Of a DNA stretch of 25,441 bases, positions 1 to 9,302 are shown one piece after another. A model generated the notes under the pieces. That model was not told the DNA's origin and did not search any database. It saw only the letters and a program-made list of their open reading frames with translations. The position numbers were made by a program, and so were the translations under genes. Location: assembly GCA_049970015.1 (NCBI GenBank), contig JBMFNT010000006.1:8637-34077 (forward strand), in the 5' to 3' direction. Source of the DNA: Candidatus Micrarchaeia archaeon. Lineage in GTDB: Archaea > Micrarchaeota > Micrarchaeia > CAILAH01. Numbering within the stretch: the first letter of the stretch is position 1; each line of letters opens with the position of its first letter.

Positions 1-111
1 TTGGGTATTGAATATACTGCAAGGGCAAGCATATACTTTTACAACACAAAGGAAGACATTGATGCATTTTTTGATGGCATTGGGCATGTTAGGAAGGTGT
101 TTTCTTTATGA
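1..111 (+). CDS. sufS: Cysteine desulfurase SufS, C-terminal fragment (gene starts before the window)
   Basis: Frame 1 reads LGIEYTARASIYFYNTKEDIDAFFDGIGHVRKVFSL*. RASxxxYNTxEDID is the typical SufS C-terminus. Its stop overlaps the sufU ATG (ATGA). Confidence 0.85.
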   Translation: MGIEYTARASIYFYNTKEDIDAFFDGIGHVRKVFSL

Positions 112-470
112 ACTATGATGAGATAGTAGAAAGATTTAGGTTTCCAAGGCATAAAGGTGTTCTAGAGGGTGGCCTGAGTGCAATCGCATCAAACTCACCA
201 TGCGGTGATAAAATAAGTGTACATCTGAAGATTGAGAACGGCAAGGTTGTTGATGCAATGTACAGTGGGACTGGCTGTGTGCTCTCTAATGCGAGCGCAG
301 AGGTTCTTTGTGAGCACATAGTAGGAATGAAGGTGGATGAATTGTACAACATTACCTACGATAATCTTGTTGCTTTTCTCGGGTTTTTACCCTCTCCCAG
401 CAGGGCAGGTTGTGTTGAAACACCTCTAAATGCTCTCCGGAACATATTAATTCACAAGAGGAATGTTTGA
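108..470 (+). CDS. sufU: SufU/IscU-type Fe-S scaffold or sulfur-transfer protein
   Basis: NSPCGD, GTGCVLSNAS and SRAGC supply the three conserved Cys; coupled to sufS. Confidence 0.9.
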   Translation: MNYDEIVERFRFPRHKGVLEGGLSAIASNSPCGDKISVHLKIENGKVVDAMYSGTGCVLSNASAEVLCEHIVGMKVDELYNITYDNLVAFLGFLPSPSRAGCVETPLNALRNILIHKRNV

Positions 471-772
471 TGGTAGTTGTTGAGAGGAAGATAAGCGGGG
501 GAAAGCTTGTAAGGATTCAGGCTCACTTTAACAGAAACATTATTGCATTTGTAAGGATAACAGGAGATTTTTTCATGCATCCAGAGGATGCAATCACACG
601 CATAGAGAAAAATCTTACTGGAAAGAACATATCCCTCATTGAGGTTATCGTTGATAAATCACTGCACGGTGTTGAGTGTATAGGCTTCTCAAAATCTGAT
701 ATCTGCAGTATGCTGAAGGAGGCATATTCATTGGAGAACGGCCCTGAAACTAAAGAGGTAGGTAAAGTATGA
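467..772 (+). CDS. lplB: Lipoate-protein ligase accessory (C-terminal-domain) subunit, LplB-like
   Basis: GGKLVR...ITGDFFMHPEDAITRIE signature; lies directly upstream of and overlaps lplA. Confidence 0.85.
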   Translation: MMVVVERKISGGKLVRIQAHFNRNIIAFVRITGDFFMHPEDAITRIEKNLTGKNISLIEVIVDKSLHGVECIGFSKSDICSMLKEAYSLENGPETKEVGKV

Positions 773-1518
773 GTATGTGGAGGGTGGTAAGGCTATCAAA
801 GAACAATGCTGCCATGAACATGGCAATTGATGAGGCGGTAAGTAATGCTGTTGCTGAAGGTCATGCCGATCCTACAATAAGGTTTTACATGTGGGAGCCT
901 TCTGCAGTCAGCATAGGATATTTCCAGAGTATTATTGATGAGGTAGATGTTGAGTTCTGCAAAAAGAATAGGATAGATTATGTGAGAAGGAGGACAGGGG
1001 GAGGGGCAGTGTACCATGATTCATCTGGAGAAATAACCTACAGCGTGATTGCCCCACAGTACATGTTTCCCAGCGGGATAATTGAATCGTACAAGGTAAT
1101 ATGTGGATGGATAATAAACGGGTTGAGAGAGATAGGAATAAATGCAGAGTTCGTCCCGATTAATGATGTTGTTGTTGGAGGGAAGAAGATATCTGGAAAT
1201 GCCCAGACGCGTAGGAATGGAGTACTGCTGCAGCATGGCACAATACTTTACGATTCCGATTTTGACACAATGTTTAGGTGCCTTAGAATAAGCGATGAAA
1301 AGATACGGGATAAAATGATAAAAAACGTGCATGAGCGCGTTACGAACATAAGGAGCCTTGCTGATGTGGATATAAAAAGACTTTACGATTCCCTCTTGAA
1401 AGGTTTTTGTGATGGTAAAGAATTTTACTTTGGTGAGCTGAGCACTGATGAGTTTATAGATGCCAACAAGCTTGCGATGACAAAGTATTGTTCAGATGAT
1501 TGGAATTTTTGGAGATGA
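769..1518 (+). CDS. lplA: Lipoate-protein ligase A catalytic subunit
   Basis: NMAIDEA, RRRTGGGAVYHD, NDV..GGKKISGNAQ and LQHGTIL motifs; lacks the fused C-terminal domain. Confidence 0.92.
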   Translation: MSMWRVVRLSKNNAAMNMAIDEAVSNAVAEGHADPTIRFYMWEPSAVSIGYFQSIIDEVDVEFCKKNRIDYVRRRTGGGAVYHDSSGEITYSVIAPQYMFPSGIIESYKVICGWIINGLREIGINAEFVPINDVVVGGKKISGNAQTRRNGVLLQHGTILYDSDFDTMFRCLRISDEKIRDKMIKNVHERVTNIRSLADVDIKRLYDSLLKGFCDGKEFYFGELSTDEFIDANKLAMTKYCSDDWNFWR

Positions 1519-2919
1519 TTACATTTTTGCATAGTGCCAGGGTTTTCCCAGTGCAAGCTCTGCAACCTCATGCAAAGATTCATAAATAGTTGGGTGTGTG
1601 TGCACAGTTTCTGCAACATCATCAAGAAATGCACCCATCTCAATTGCAAGCCCAGCTTCTCCCAATAGCTCTGAAACGTTCTTACCAACCATCCTAACCC
1701 CCAATACCCTACCAGTTCTCTCATAAACTATTCTAACAAATCCCTCACTTCTTCCATTTGCAACTGCCCTTCCCAGTGCAGAAAATGGGAACCGTGCACT
1801 CAATACATCATATCCTTTCTTCCTTGCCTCATCTTCACTCATTCCAACAATAGCAATCTCAGGGTTTGTAAACACTACAGCAGGTATACACTTCACATCA
1901 AATGCAGCCCCTTTGATGCCAGCTGCAGATTCTGCGGCAACCTTCCCCTGCATGAATGCCTTGTGAGCGAGCATGGGTTCGCCTACCACATCACCTGCCG
2001 CATAAATGTTCTTGGTTGAGGTTTCCATTCCTTCGTTAACCTTTATGAACCCCTTCTCATCCATTTGTATACCCAATCCTTCTATGCCGATATCCGATGT
2101 GTTTGGCACAGTACCAATCGCAACCAATACTTTTGCAAGTATAGTCTGTTTTTTGCCATTTGAAATGAAAAAGACCTCAGCTTCATTTCCTATATCATTA
2201 ATTTTTTCTATTATGCAATTCTCGTGCACATTGATTTTTGAATCTTTTAATACAACATCTACAAGCTCCTTCTCAACATGTGAAAGAAGACGAGAGCGCG
2301 CGAGTATGTGCACTTCACTCCCCAACATTGAATAAAATGTACCAATCTCTGCAGCAATATATCCTGCACCTATGATTGCAAGCCTTTTTGGCACCCTATC
2401 AAGAAACAGTGCATCTCTTGAAGTTATCACATTTTTGCTCAGTCTTATATTTTCAGGTATCCTCGGTCGCGATCCAGTAGCAATGATTGCTTTTCTGAAT
2501 GCAACACTTTCATGCCCCCCTCTGTTTAGGTCTATGTGAATGTGCTGTGATGACTCAAACCTACCATTCCCATATATCACATCCACATTATTCTTTCTCA
2601 ACAGGAAAGATATCCCTTCTCTTAAGTTTTCTACCACCCTGACATTTTCTGATTGCAGTTTTTTTATATCAATTTTTTCAATCCTATTCTTAACACCAAT
2701 CTTATCTAAATATTTCATCTCTTCCATAATTCCAGAAACATTGAGTAGCATCTTTGAAGGAATACACCCAAAGTTTAGGCATGTGCCACCCAAAAACTCC
2801 TTTTCTATGAGCACAGTTTTCATTCCTAGTTGTCCGGCCCTTATTGCGGCAATATAACCAGCCGGCCCACCTCCCAGTACAGCAAGGTCATACTCTCTGC
2901 TTATCTCTCCCATCACCAT
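1519..2919 (-). CDS. lpdA: Dihydrolipoamide dehydrogenase (E3)
   Basis: GGGPAGY FAD loop, GGTCLNFGCIPSK redox disulfide, MLAHKA, HTHPTIYE; lies in an E1/E2 cluster. Confidence 0.95.
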   Translation of the reverse strand: MVMGEISREYDLAVLGGGPAGYIAAIRAGQLGMKTVLIEKEFLGGTCLNFGCIPSKMLLNVSGIMEEMKYLDKIGVKNRIEKIDIKKLQSENVRVVENLREGISFLLRKNNVDVIYGNGRFESSQHIHIDLNRGGHESVAFRKAIIATGSRPRIPENIRLSKNVITSRDALFLDRVPKRLAIIGAGYIAAEIGTFYSMLGSEVHILARSRLLSHVEKELVDVVLKDSKINVHENCIIEKINDIGNEAEVFFISNGKKQTILAKVLVAIGTVPNTSDIGIEGLGIQMDEKGFIKVNEGMETSTKNIYAAGDVVGEPMLAHKAFMQGKVAAESAAGIKGAAFDVKCIPAVVFTNPEIAIVGMSEDEARKKGYDVLSARFPFSALGRAVANGRSEGFVRIVYERTGRVLGVRMVGKNVSELLGEAGLAIEMGAFLDDVAETVHTHPTIYESLHEVAELALGKPWHYAKM

Positions 2920-3104
2920 AATCTAACCTCTCTTGAAAATGTTTTAAACCTTGACTTTCTCTATTTTTTGACACCTATATTAATCCTTCAAAGTAAAATC
3001 CTGAATCTTTGTTGTAAGATACGCCCGTCTTGCCGCAGATAGTATTAGTTGTTAAAACTGAGTGGAGTTATGGTTTTAAATGTTTATTTTGTAATTTGTA
3101 AACA

Positions 3105-3839
3105 ATGAGCGCTTCACTGGTTTCACGGATCTCAGAATCGGATATAAACATAGATGAATTGATTACAATCTATCTATCATACGTTGATAAGATAATCTCC
3201 TACATTCCCTACAAAAGGGTTAAGGTATGGAAGGAGTTTTTCCTAAAACCTGAAGAGAAGCTTGAGAGCAGCATAACCTCAACTTCCTCCATAATAGTTG
3301 ATTTGTATGTAATGAGTCTATTAAGCATGTTTATTGGTTTGCTGAACCCTCTGGTAATAATTCTTATTGCTATCAATCCATTAGTTTTTGTTATTGTACT
3401 AGCATTGTTTCTTCTTCTACCTATACTGTACATACTACATTCCTTGCTTGAGTTTATAGTAGCAAGGATTGTTGGTGGGAAGGCGGGCTTTAGAGTGCAC
3501 CTGAACGCATCTGTTTTACCTCTCCTTGGGATGTGGGCAGTCCTTCTCCTACTATCTATAATTCAGATCCCTATAGGTATCCTTTCCTATATTCCAGTCA
3601 TTTCATGTATTGTAACTCCATTCATATATTTGATTTCTGGAATAACTATGATCTTATACATCTATACTCTTTACATAAAGTTCATTGCATTTAAGAAGGC
3701 CCACGGGATCAGTGGTATTAAGTCAGCTGCTGTAGTGATAGTACCACTACTTATTGAGGGTGTAATATTGCTTATTCTACTATCACTCATGCTTGCTTAT
3801 ATTATCACAACTATACAATATCCACCAGTAAATGTGTAG
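3105..3839 (+). CDS. Yip1-family multi-pass membrane protein
   Basis: Several hydrophobic segments, VARIVGGKAGF and AFKKAHGISGIKSAAVV motifs typical of prokaryotic Yip1. 3' end overlaps the E2 3' end by 29 bp. Confidence 0.7.
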   Translation: MSASLVSRISESDINIDELITIYLSYVDKIISYIPYKRVKVWKEFFLKPEEKLESSITSTSSIIVDLYVMSLLSMFIGLLNPLVIILIAINPLVFVIVLALFLLLPILYILHSLLEFIVARIVGGKAGFRVHLNASVLPLLGMWAVLLLLSIIQIPIGILSYIPVISCIVTPFIYLISGITMILYIYTLYIKFIAFKKAHGISGIKSAAVVIVPLLIEGVILLILLSLMLAYIITTIQYPPVNV

Positions 3840-5235
3840 GGTCTTCCAAGTATCTTTTTATGTCAACTAAGAACCTTGCAGCCTGAGCACCATCAACAAT
3901 CCTGTGGTCGAATGTAAGAGATAATGGAAGTATATGTCTTATTTCAATCTTATCCCCAACAACCCACGGCTTCTTTTCTATTCTCCCAACTCCTAGTATT
4001 GCACACTCAGGATAGTTAAGGATAGGTGTACCAAACGTCCCTCCAATCGACCCCCAATTTGTTATAGTGAATGTCCCACCCTTAACCTCATCAAAAGTAA
4101 GCTTTCTCTGCCGTGCCTTCTCCGCAAGCAATTCAATCTCATGGGCAATGTCAAGTATGCTTTTCAACTCAACATCTTTTATTACTGGGACTATCAATCC
4201 ATCTTCCGTATCTATTGCAATCCCTATATTGTAATACTTCTTCAACACAAACTCATTCGTATTTTCATCAATCGATGAGTTGAGCCATGGATGTTTTCTT
4301 AGCCCAATCACACATGCTTTTATTATAAATGGCAGGTATGTAAGTTTAATCCCCTGCCTTGAAGCAGCAATCTTCTCTTTCTCCCTCACTTCTGTAAGTT
4401 TTGTCACATCTACTTCTTCCATCGCCACTGTCTGCACGGCCAGAGAGTTGGATTTGGAAAGCTTATTGATTATTGTTTTTCTTATCCCTTTTATAGGTAT
4501 GCGAGTCTCAAGCAATCTTGCCTGCCTTTCTTTCATAGGATGCTCAACCTTCTCTAGCACCATCTCTACTTCCTCAGCCTTCCCAATCTTTTTTACCTCA
4601 ACAATCTTCTCAAGCCGTTCTGCAGTGCGCTCAACATCACCCACAGTTATAACCCCACCCGGGCCGGTTCCTGCAATCTTGGTGAGATCAATGTTTAGTT
4701 TTTTTGCGAGCTCACGTGCTTTTGGCACAGCCTCAACATGTGGTGCCGTTTCCAGAACCTTCTCAACAATGCGCATCTCAGGAGTTCTCTCAAGCTCTTT
4801 CAGCACAGCCATCTTCCCCTTTGCGTACTTTCTCACATCATCTTCGCTTATCTCCCCATGTGGCCCACTACCTTTTACCTCACTGATATTCACTCCCAAC
4901 TCACGCGCAAGCTTCCTAATACGTGGTGGTGCAACGGCCTCCTTAACAATCTGAACGTTTTCTTCCTTAGTTTCAGTCTCTCTCACAATGCTTTCCTTTT
5001 CTCCACCTATAGTTATTAAAACACTCCCAACCTTTGCAACATCTCCTTCTTTGAACATAAGCTCAAGCACCCTTCCTTCATAAGGAGATGGAATTTCAAC
5101 AATAGCTTTATCAGTCTCCACTTCCACTATATTCTGATCCTTCTTTACATAATCTCCAGGTTTGACAAGCCATTTTACTATAGTTGCCTCTTCCATTCCC
5201 TCCCCAAGATCAGGAAGCCTAAATTCGTATGCCAT
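3811..5235 (-). CDS. pdhC: 2-oxoacid (probably pyruvate) dehydrogenase E2 dihydrolipoamide acyltransferase
   Basis: One lipoyl domain (VETDKA), two peripheral-subunit-binding repeats, catalytic DHRIVDGA. Confidence 0.93.
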   Translation of the reverse strand: MAYEFRLPDLGEGMEEATIVKWLVKPGDYVKKDQNIVEVETDKAIVEIPSPYEGRVLELMFKEGDVAKVGSVLITIGGEKESIVRETETKEENVQIVKEAVAPPRIRKLARELGVNISEVKGSGPHGEISEDDVRKYAKGKMAVLKELERTPEMRIVEKVLETAPHVEAVPKARELAKKLNIDLTKIAGTGPGGVITVGDVERTAERLEKIVEVKKIGKAEEVEMVLEKVEHPMKERQARLLETRIPIKGIRKTIINKLSKSNSLAVQTVAMEEVDVTKLTEVREKEKIAASRQGIKLTYLPFIIKACVIGLRKHPWLNSSIDENTNEFVLKKYYNIGIAIDTEDGLIVPVIKDVELKSILDIAHEIELLAEKARQRKLTFDEVKGGTFTITNWGSIGGTFGTPILNYPECAILGVGRIEKKPWVVGDKIEIRHILPLSLTFDHRIVDGAQAARFLVDIKRYLEDPTHLLVDIV

Positions 5236-5264
5236 AATGAGAAATCTCGCAGAATTTATTTAAA

Positions 5265-5747
5265 TTATTTTAATGGAAATGCCTCCTTTGCAAACGTTCC
5301 AATAAAGTGCGCTGCAAATATGACAAACATGGCTATCAGTACATGTTCTGTAAGCACATAGAGTGCATTTTCTTTTTGAACATCTGCTATATATTTGCTA
5401 AGGATGGATATGAGTATGAACCCCCAAAAAATGTTTATAATGATAGCCTTCTCTATGTCGAGCACCAGGAACGGGAGTGCAAAAGACATGGCTACCAAAA
5501 GCTTTGCTAGAAATGTAGATAATGTTGCTTCCCATACCATATGTTGTGATCTTGACGGGTCAGACTCCTGCGTAAGATGCATGCCCATGGCATCAGACAA
5601 TGCATCTGATACAGCTATTATCAGTATTCCTCCAATAACTACAACTGCGCTCCCAGTTGTCTCCTTAAGTCCCATTATCAGCCCGAGTGTTGTTATCACA
5701 CCTGATGTGATCCCAAAAGCAATCCCGCTCATGTATGATTGTTTCAT
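5265..5747 (-). CDS. Short VIT1/CCC1-family membrane protein (putative Fe/Mn transporter)
   Basis: FGITSGVITTLG...AVSDALSDAMGMHLTQES pattern, about 5 TM segments. Confidence 0.7.
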   Translation of the reverse strand: MKQSYMSGIAFGITSGVITTLGLIMGLKETTGSAVVVIGGILIIAVSDALSDAMGMHLTQESDPSRSQHMVWEATLSTFLAKLLVAMSFALPFLVLDIEKAIIINIFWGFILISILSKYIADVQKENALYVLTEHVLIAMFVIFAAHFIGTFAKEAFPLK

Positions 5748-5762
5748 CTGGACACACTCAGT

Positions 5763-6749
5763 TTAGTATCTCATAACATCTTTTACAGCACTCTTTACAC
5801 GTGCTTCATTTGGTATGAAATATTCCTCAAGCTTCGGCAGTGGAACCGGAACATCAAACCCAGTAACCCTCCTGATAGGAGCTCTTAGGTTAAATATTGC
5901 ATTTTCACATATGCGTGCAGATATTTCAGATGATGCACTGAAGCTTTGCATGGCCTCCTGTACTATCACTAAACGCCCGGTCTTACTTACAGAATTAATG
6001 ATTGTGTTTGAATCCAGCGGTTTGATTGTACGTACATCAATAACCTCACATTGTATTCCATCACTTGTTTGTAGCTCTTTTGCAGCATTCTCGCACACCC
6101 TTACCATAGCACCCCATGCAACCAGTGTCACATCTCTTCCTTCCCTGACAACCCTACATTTTGATAATGGGATAGTGTACCTTTCCTCTGGCACCTCTTC
6201 CTTAAATGCCCTGTACAATCTTTTGTGCTCCATGAAAAGTACAGGGTCATCACATTCAATTGCGCTTGCGAGCAATCCTTTTGCCTCATAAGGTCCTGAA
6301 GGTATTACGATCGTTAATCCAGGTATGTTGGCATACATCCCCTCATTCGGTTCAGCGTGCAGCTCAAGCGCCCTAACCCCTCCACCATAGGGAAATCTTA
6401 AAACTATTGGCATGGTATACTTTCCACGTGTCCTGTTTCGCATTCTGGCCATATGTGCATTTATCTGGTTGTATGCAAGGTATGTAAACCCATCAAATTG
6501 TATCTCCGGGATTGGTCTAAGCCCAGCATATGCCATTCCAATTGCTATGCCTACAATTGAAGATTCAGCAAGTGGTGTATCAAAAACCCTTTTTTCACCA
6601 AACATTGATTGCAACCTATCAGTAACCCTGAAAACCCCTCCATTTTTGCCAACATCCTCTCCAAAGATCACTACCCTTTCATCACGTTTCATTTCTTGCG
6701 CAAGGGCCATGTTGATTGCTTCGATCATGTTGACAAGTACCATAATCAC
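5763..6749 (-). CDS. pdhB: 2-oxoacid dehydrogenase E1 beta subunit
   Basis: GEDVGKNGGVFRVT, DTPLAES, EIQFDGF, GGGVRALELH. Confidence 0.95.
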   Translation of the reverse strand: MIMVLVNMIEAINMALAQEMKRDERVVIFGEDVGKNGGVFRVTDRLQSMFGEKRVFDTPLAESSIVGIAIGMAYAGLRPIPEIQFDGFTYLAYNQINAHMARMRNRTRGKYTMPIVLRFPYGGGVRALELHAEPNEGMYANIPGLTIVIPSGPYEAKGLLASAIECDDPVLFMEHKRLYRAFKEEVPEERYTIPLSKCRVVREGRDVTLVAWGAMVRVCENAAKELQTSDGIQCEVIDVRTIKPLDSNTIINSVSKTGRLVIVQEAMQSFSASSEISARICENAIFNLRAPIRRVTGFDVPVPLPKLEEYFIPNEARVKSAVKDVMRY

Positions 6750-7825
6750 CCACCCCGCAAAAACATCTCAAGATACTTAACCTGGTCCTCAATTTCTTCA
6801 GGCATTTTCTTGTACACAAACCTGAACATGTTTCTGTAATTTGTCCTGTATGCCTCTGCTTCATTTACAGCATTATCAACTTCAGCTTCTGCAGCCTCAA
6901 GAATCTTTGCTTCAGATTTTTCATCTAATATTTTCTTTGCTTCAAGATATTTCTTGAACCTTTCAATAGGATCTTTCTTTTTCCACTCATCCACCTCTTT
7001 CTGTGATCTGTACCTAGTCGGATCATCCGCAGTTGTGTGCACTCCAAGTCTATACGATACAGCTTCAATAAGTGTTGGGCCGCCACCCTTCCGTGCAATA
7101 TTTACAGCTTCTTTAGATGCCAGGTACATTCCGAGCACATCATTCCCATCAACCTGTACACATCTTATACCTGCAGCAATGCCTTTTTGTGCAAGAGTCT
7201 CAGCAATCGTTTGTTTATTTCTTGGCACTGATATAGCCCACTGGTTGTTTCTGACAATAAAAATAACGGGTACATTGAAAACCCCAGCAAAATTGAGTGC
7301 TTCATAAAAATCTCCTTCAGATGTTCCCCCATCTCCAGTATATGTTATAACAACTTTCTTATTACCCTTAAAATTGAGCGCCATCCCTATCCCGACAGCA
7401 TGCGGCAGGTGTGTTGCAACAGGTACACTTATAGGTGTTATGTTAAACTGCTCAGGAAGCGCATTCCCTTCCTCAAACCCCATGAAATACATAAAAATAT
7501 ACTTTAGAGGCACACCCATAACTGCATACATTCCCTGCTCCCTGTATGATGGAACCACCCAATCATCTTTATTTAGTGCATATGCCGAGCCTACAGATAT
7601 TGCCTCCTCACCAAGGCATGGCGCATATGTAAGCAACCTACCCTGCCTCTGCAGCTTCAGTGCACGGTCATCAAAAACCCTTGTTATGATAAGGTATCTG
7701 TAAATCATCTCAAGGTCCTTCTTATTAAGCCCTGTTTTTTTCTCAAGCCCTTTGTCCACATTTCCTTTTTCATCCAGTACCTGCAAATAGTTAATACTCC
7801 CTTCATAAACCTTTTTCTGTGGCAT
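6746..7825 (-). CDS. pdhA: 2-oxoacid dehydrogenase E1 alpha subunit
   Basis: LQRQGR, TPP-binding motif GDGGTSEGD...NNQW, YRLGVHTTADDPTRYR. Confidence 0.95.
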   Translation of the reverse strand: MPQKKVYEGSINYLQVLDEKGNVDKGLEKKTGLNKKDLEMIYRYLIITRVFDDRALKLQRQGRLLTYAPCLGEEAISVGSAYALNKDDWVVPSYREQGMYAVMGVPLKYIFMYFMGFEEGNALPEQFNITPISVPVATHLPHAVGIGMALNFKGNKKVVITYTGDGGTSEGDFYEALNFAGVFNVPVIFIVRNNQWAISVPRNKQTIAETLAQKGIAAGIRCVQVDGNDVLGMYLASKEAVNIARKGGGPTLIEAVSYRLGVHTTADDPTRYRSQKEVDEWKKKDPIERFKKYLEAKKILDEKSEAKILEAAEAEVDNAVNEAEAYRTNYRNMFRFVYKKMPEEIEDQVKYLEMFLRGG

Positions 7826-7842
7826 ATACTGAATTCAATCAA

Positions 7843-7875
7843 AATGTTTTTAATATTCACTATTTGAAAAACATT
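7843..7875. promoter_or_regulatory. Back-to-back AT-rich promoter elements between the divergent pdhA and hypothetical gene
   Basis: AATGTTTTT-N15-AAAAACATT inverted repeat. The same AATGTTT-plus-AT-rich motif precedes the SRP RNA and HEAT genes. Confidence 0.45.
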
Positions 7876-7876
7876 C

Positions 7877-8434
7877 ATGAGTGAACTATTATCTAATGAG
7901 AAGAAATTTAGCCGTCTAACCAAGAGAGGGCCTTTCCTGTATCAATTCAAGGCTGCAAAGGAGAGGGGGCAGTCAATACTGTCTCTAAACGAGCTTGGGG
8001 AAGCACTAGTACAAGGGCATGTGGAGACTCCGCCGTATATGTACCACTGCGGAACATTAGCTCTTAACCCAGGTGTTGGTAGCAGGCTTGTTCCAGGCAC
8101 GTTCAGTTATACTAGTAAGGATGGTGTAACTTGGAGTATTGATGTACCTAAGAGTGTTTGCGGAGACAGCAGGATACTGCTTGTAGATCCAGATTATGAA
8201 ATTATAGTTGGAGCGAAAAGACTCATAAAAATAAAAAATGGCAGCCTATTTTCAGTACCCATAACACTTGGTAATATATGCGCCAATTTTACTCTTGGCG
8301 ATAATAATTACTCATTTCTAAATGTGAAAAAAAAGTATTTTGGCCCAGTAACTGTAGGATACATTGATAACGAACTTTTAGTGATACCATTCCTTTCCGA
8401 TCTTGACTACCTCACATATACAAAACAAATCTAA
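7877..8434 (+). CDS. Hypothetical protein (185 aa)
   Basis: Long ORF filling the gap between pdhA and lipA, with a TATA-like element upstream; no recognisable catalytic motif. Confidence 0.7.
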   Translation: MSELLSNEKKFSRLTKRGPFLYQFKAAKERGQSILSLNELGEALVQGHVETPPYMYHCGTLALNPGVGSRLVPGTFSYTSKDGVTWSIDVPKSVCGDSRILLVDPDYEIIVGAKRLIKIKNGSLFSVPITLGNICANFTLGDNNYSFLNVKKKYFGPVTVGYIDNELLVIPFLSDLDYLTYTKQI

Positions 8435-8444
8435 CATTTTTCTT

Positions 8445-9302
8445 TTAGGCCATAAAAAGCATGTGTGCATTGTAAGAGCTCCTTACCAATGGTCCGCATG
8501 CAACATACTTAAATCCAACCTCTCTTGCAATCTGCTCATACTCTTTGAACTTCTCAGGACTAATATACTCAACCACATTATAATGTTTTTTTGTAGGTTG
8601 AAGGTACTGGCCAATACATAACATCCTTGCCCCTACACTGAAAATATCCCTGATAGTTTCCTCAACTTCCTTATCATTCTCTCCGAGCCCCACCATAAAC
8701 CCGGACTTCACAATCATTTCAGGATATTCTTCAGCCACATGTCTAAGCACACCGAGTGATTGCTCATAGCTTGCCCTCCTATCCCTTACCAGTGCCTGCA
8801 ACCTTTTTACACATTCCACATTATGGCCGAAAACGTCCGGTCCAGCTGAGCACACCATATCAATGAATTCATTTTTTCCCTGAAAATCAGGTGTTAATAC
8901 CTCAATATATGCATCTGTCTCTGTTTTAATTTTTTTAATGCACATTGCAAAATGCCCCGCACCTAGGTCTTGAAGGTCATCGCGGTCCACGCTTGTTATA
9001 ACAACATACTTTAGACCCAATAGTTTTGTAGCTGTTACAATACGTTCAGCCTCCTCGAAATCAACTGCTTTCCCAACCCTCCCTTTTTTTGTATTGCAGA
9101 ACTTACACCCACGTGTGCACACATCCCCTAGAATCATAAAAGTTGCAGTTTTCTTGCCCCAGCATTCATTGACATTCGGGCATTTTGCTTCCCTGCATAC
9201 TGTATTAACCCCGACGTAATCAAGCACCTCTTTAGTTTTGTAATACTCCTTGTTTGGAAGGTCTATCTTTAGCCATTCAGGTTTACTCATCCAAATCCCC
9301 AA
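8445..9302 (-). CDS. lipA: Lipoyl synthase (start may be the ATG at 9290)
   Basis: CREAKCPNVNEC auxiliary-cluster motif, CTRGCKFC radical-SAM motif, C-terminal RSSY. Confidence 0.95.
   Translation of the reverse strand: MGIWMSKPEWLKIDLPNKEYYKTKEVLDYVGVNTVCREAKCPNVNECWGKKTATFMILGDVCTRGCKFCNTKKGRVGKAVDFEEAERIVTATKLLGLKYVVITSVDRDDLQDLGAGHFAMCIKKIKTETDAYIEVLTPDFQGKNEFIDMVCSAGPDVFGHNVECVKRLQALVRDRRASYEQSLGVLRHVAEEYPEMIVKSGFMVGLGENDKEVEETIRDIFSVGARMLCIGQYLQPTKKHYNVVEYISPEKFKEYEQIAREVGFKYVACGPLVRSSYNAHMLFMA

Noticed and set aside
2920..3104. Possible small gene or RNA between lpdA and the Yip1 gene
   Set aside because: No ORF with a credible start and no convincing structure; consistent with divergent promoters.
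4280..4954. 224-aa plus-strand ORF and the many other antisense ORFs in the track
   Set aside because: They are antisense to well-conserved genes and have Ser/Phe/Ile-rich mirror composition with no motifs.
7843..7875. Palindrome as a transcription-factor operator
   Set aside because: More simply explained by two divergent copies of the AT-rich promoter motif seen elsewhere in the window.
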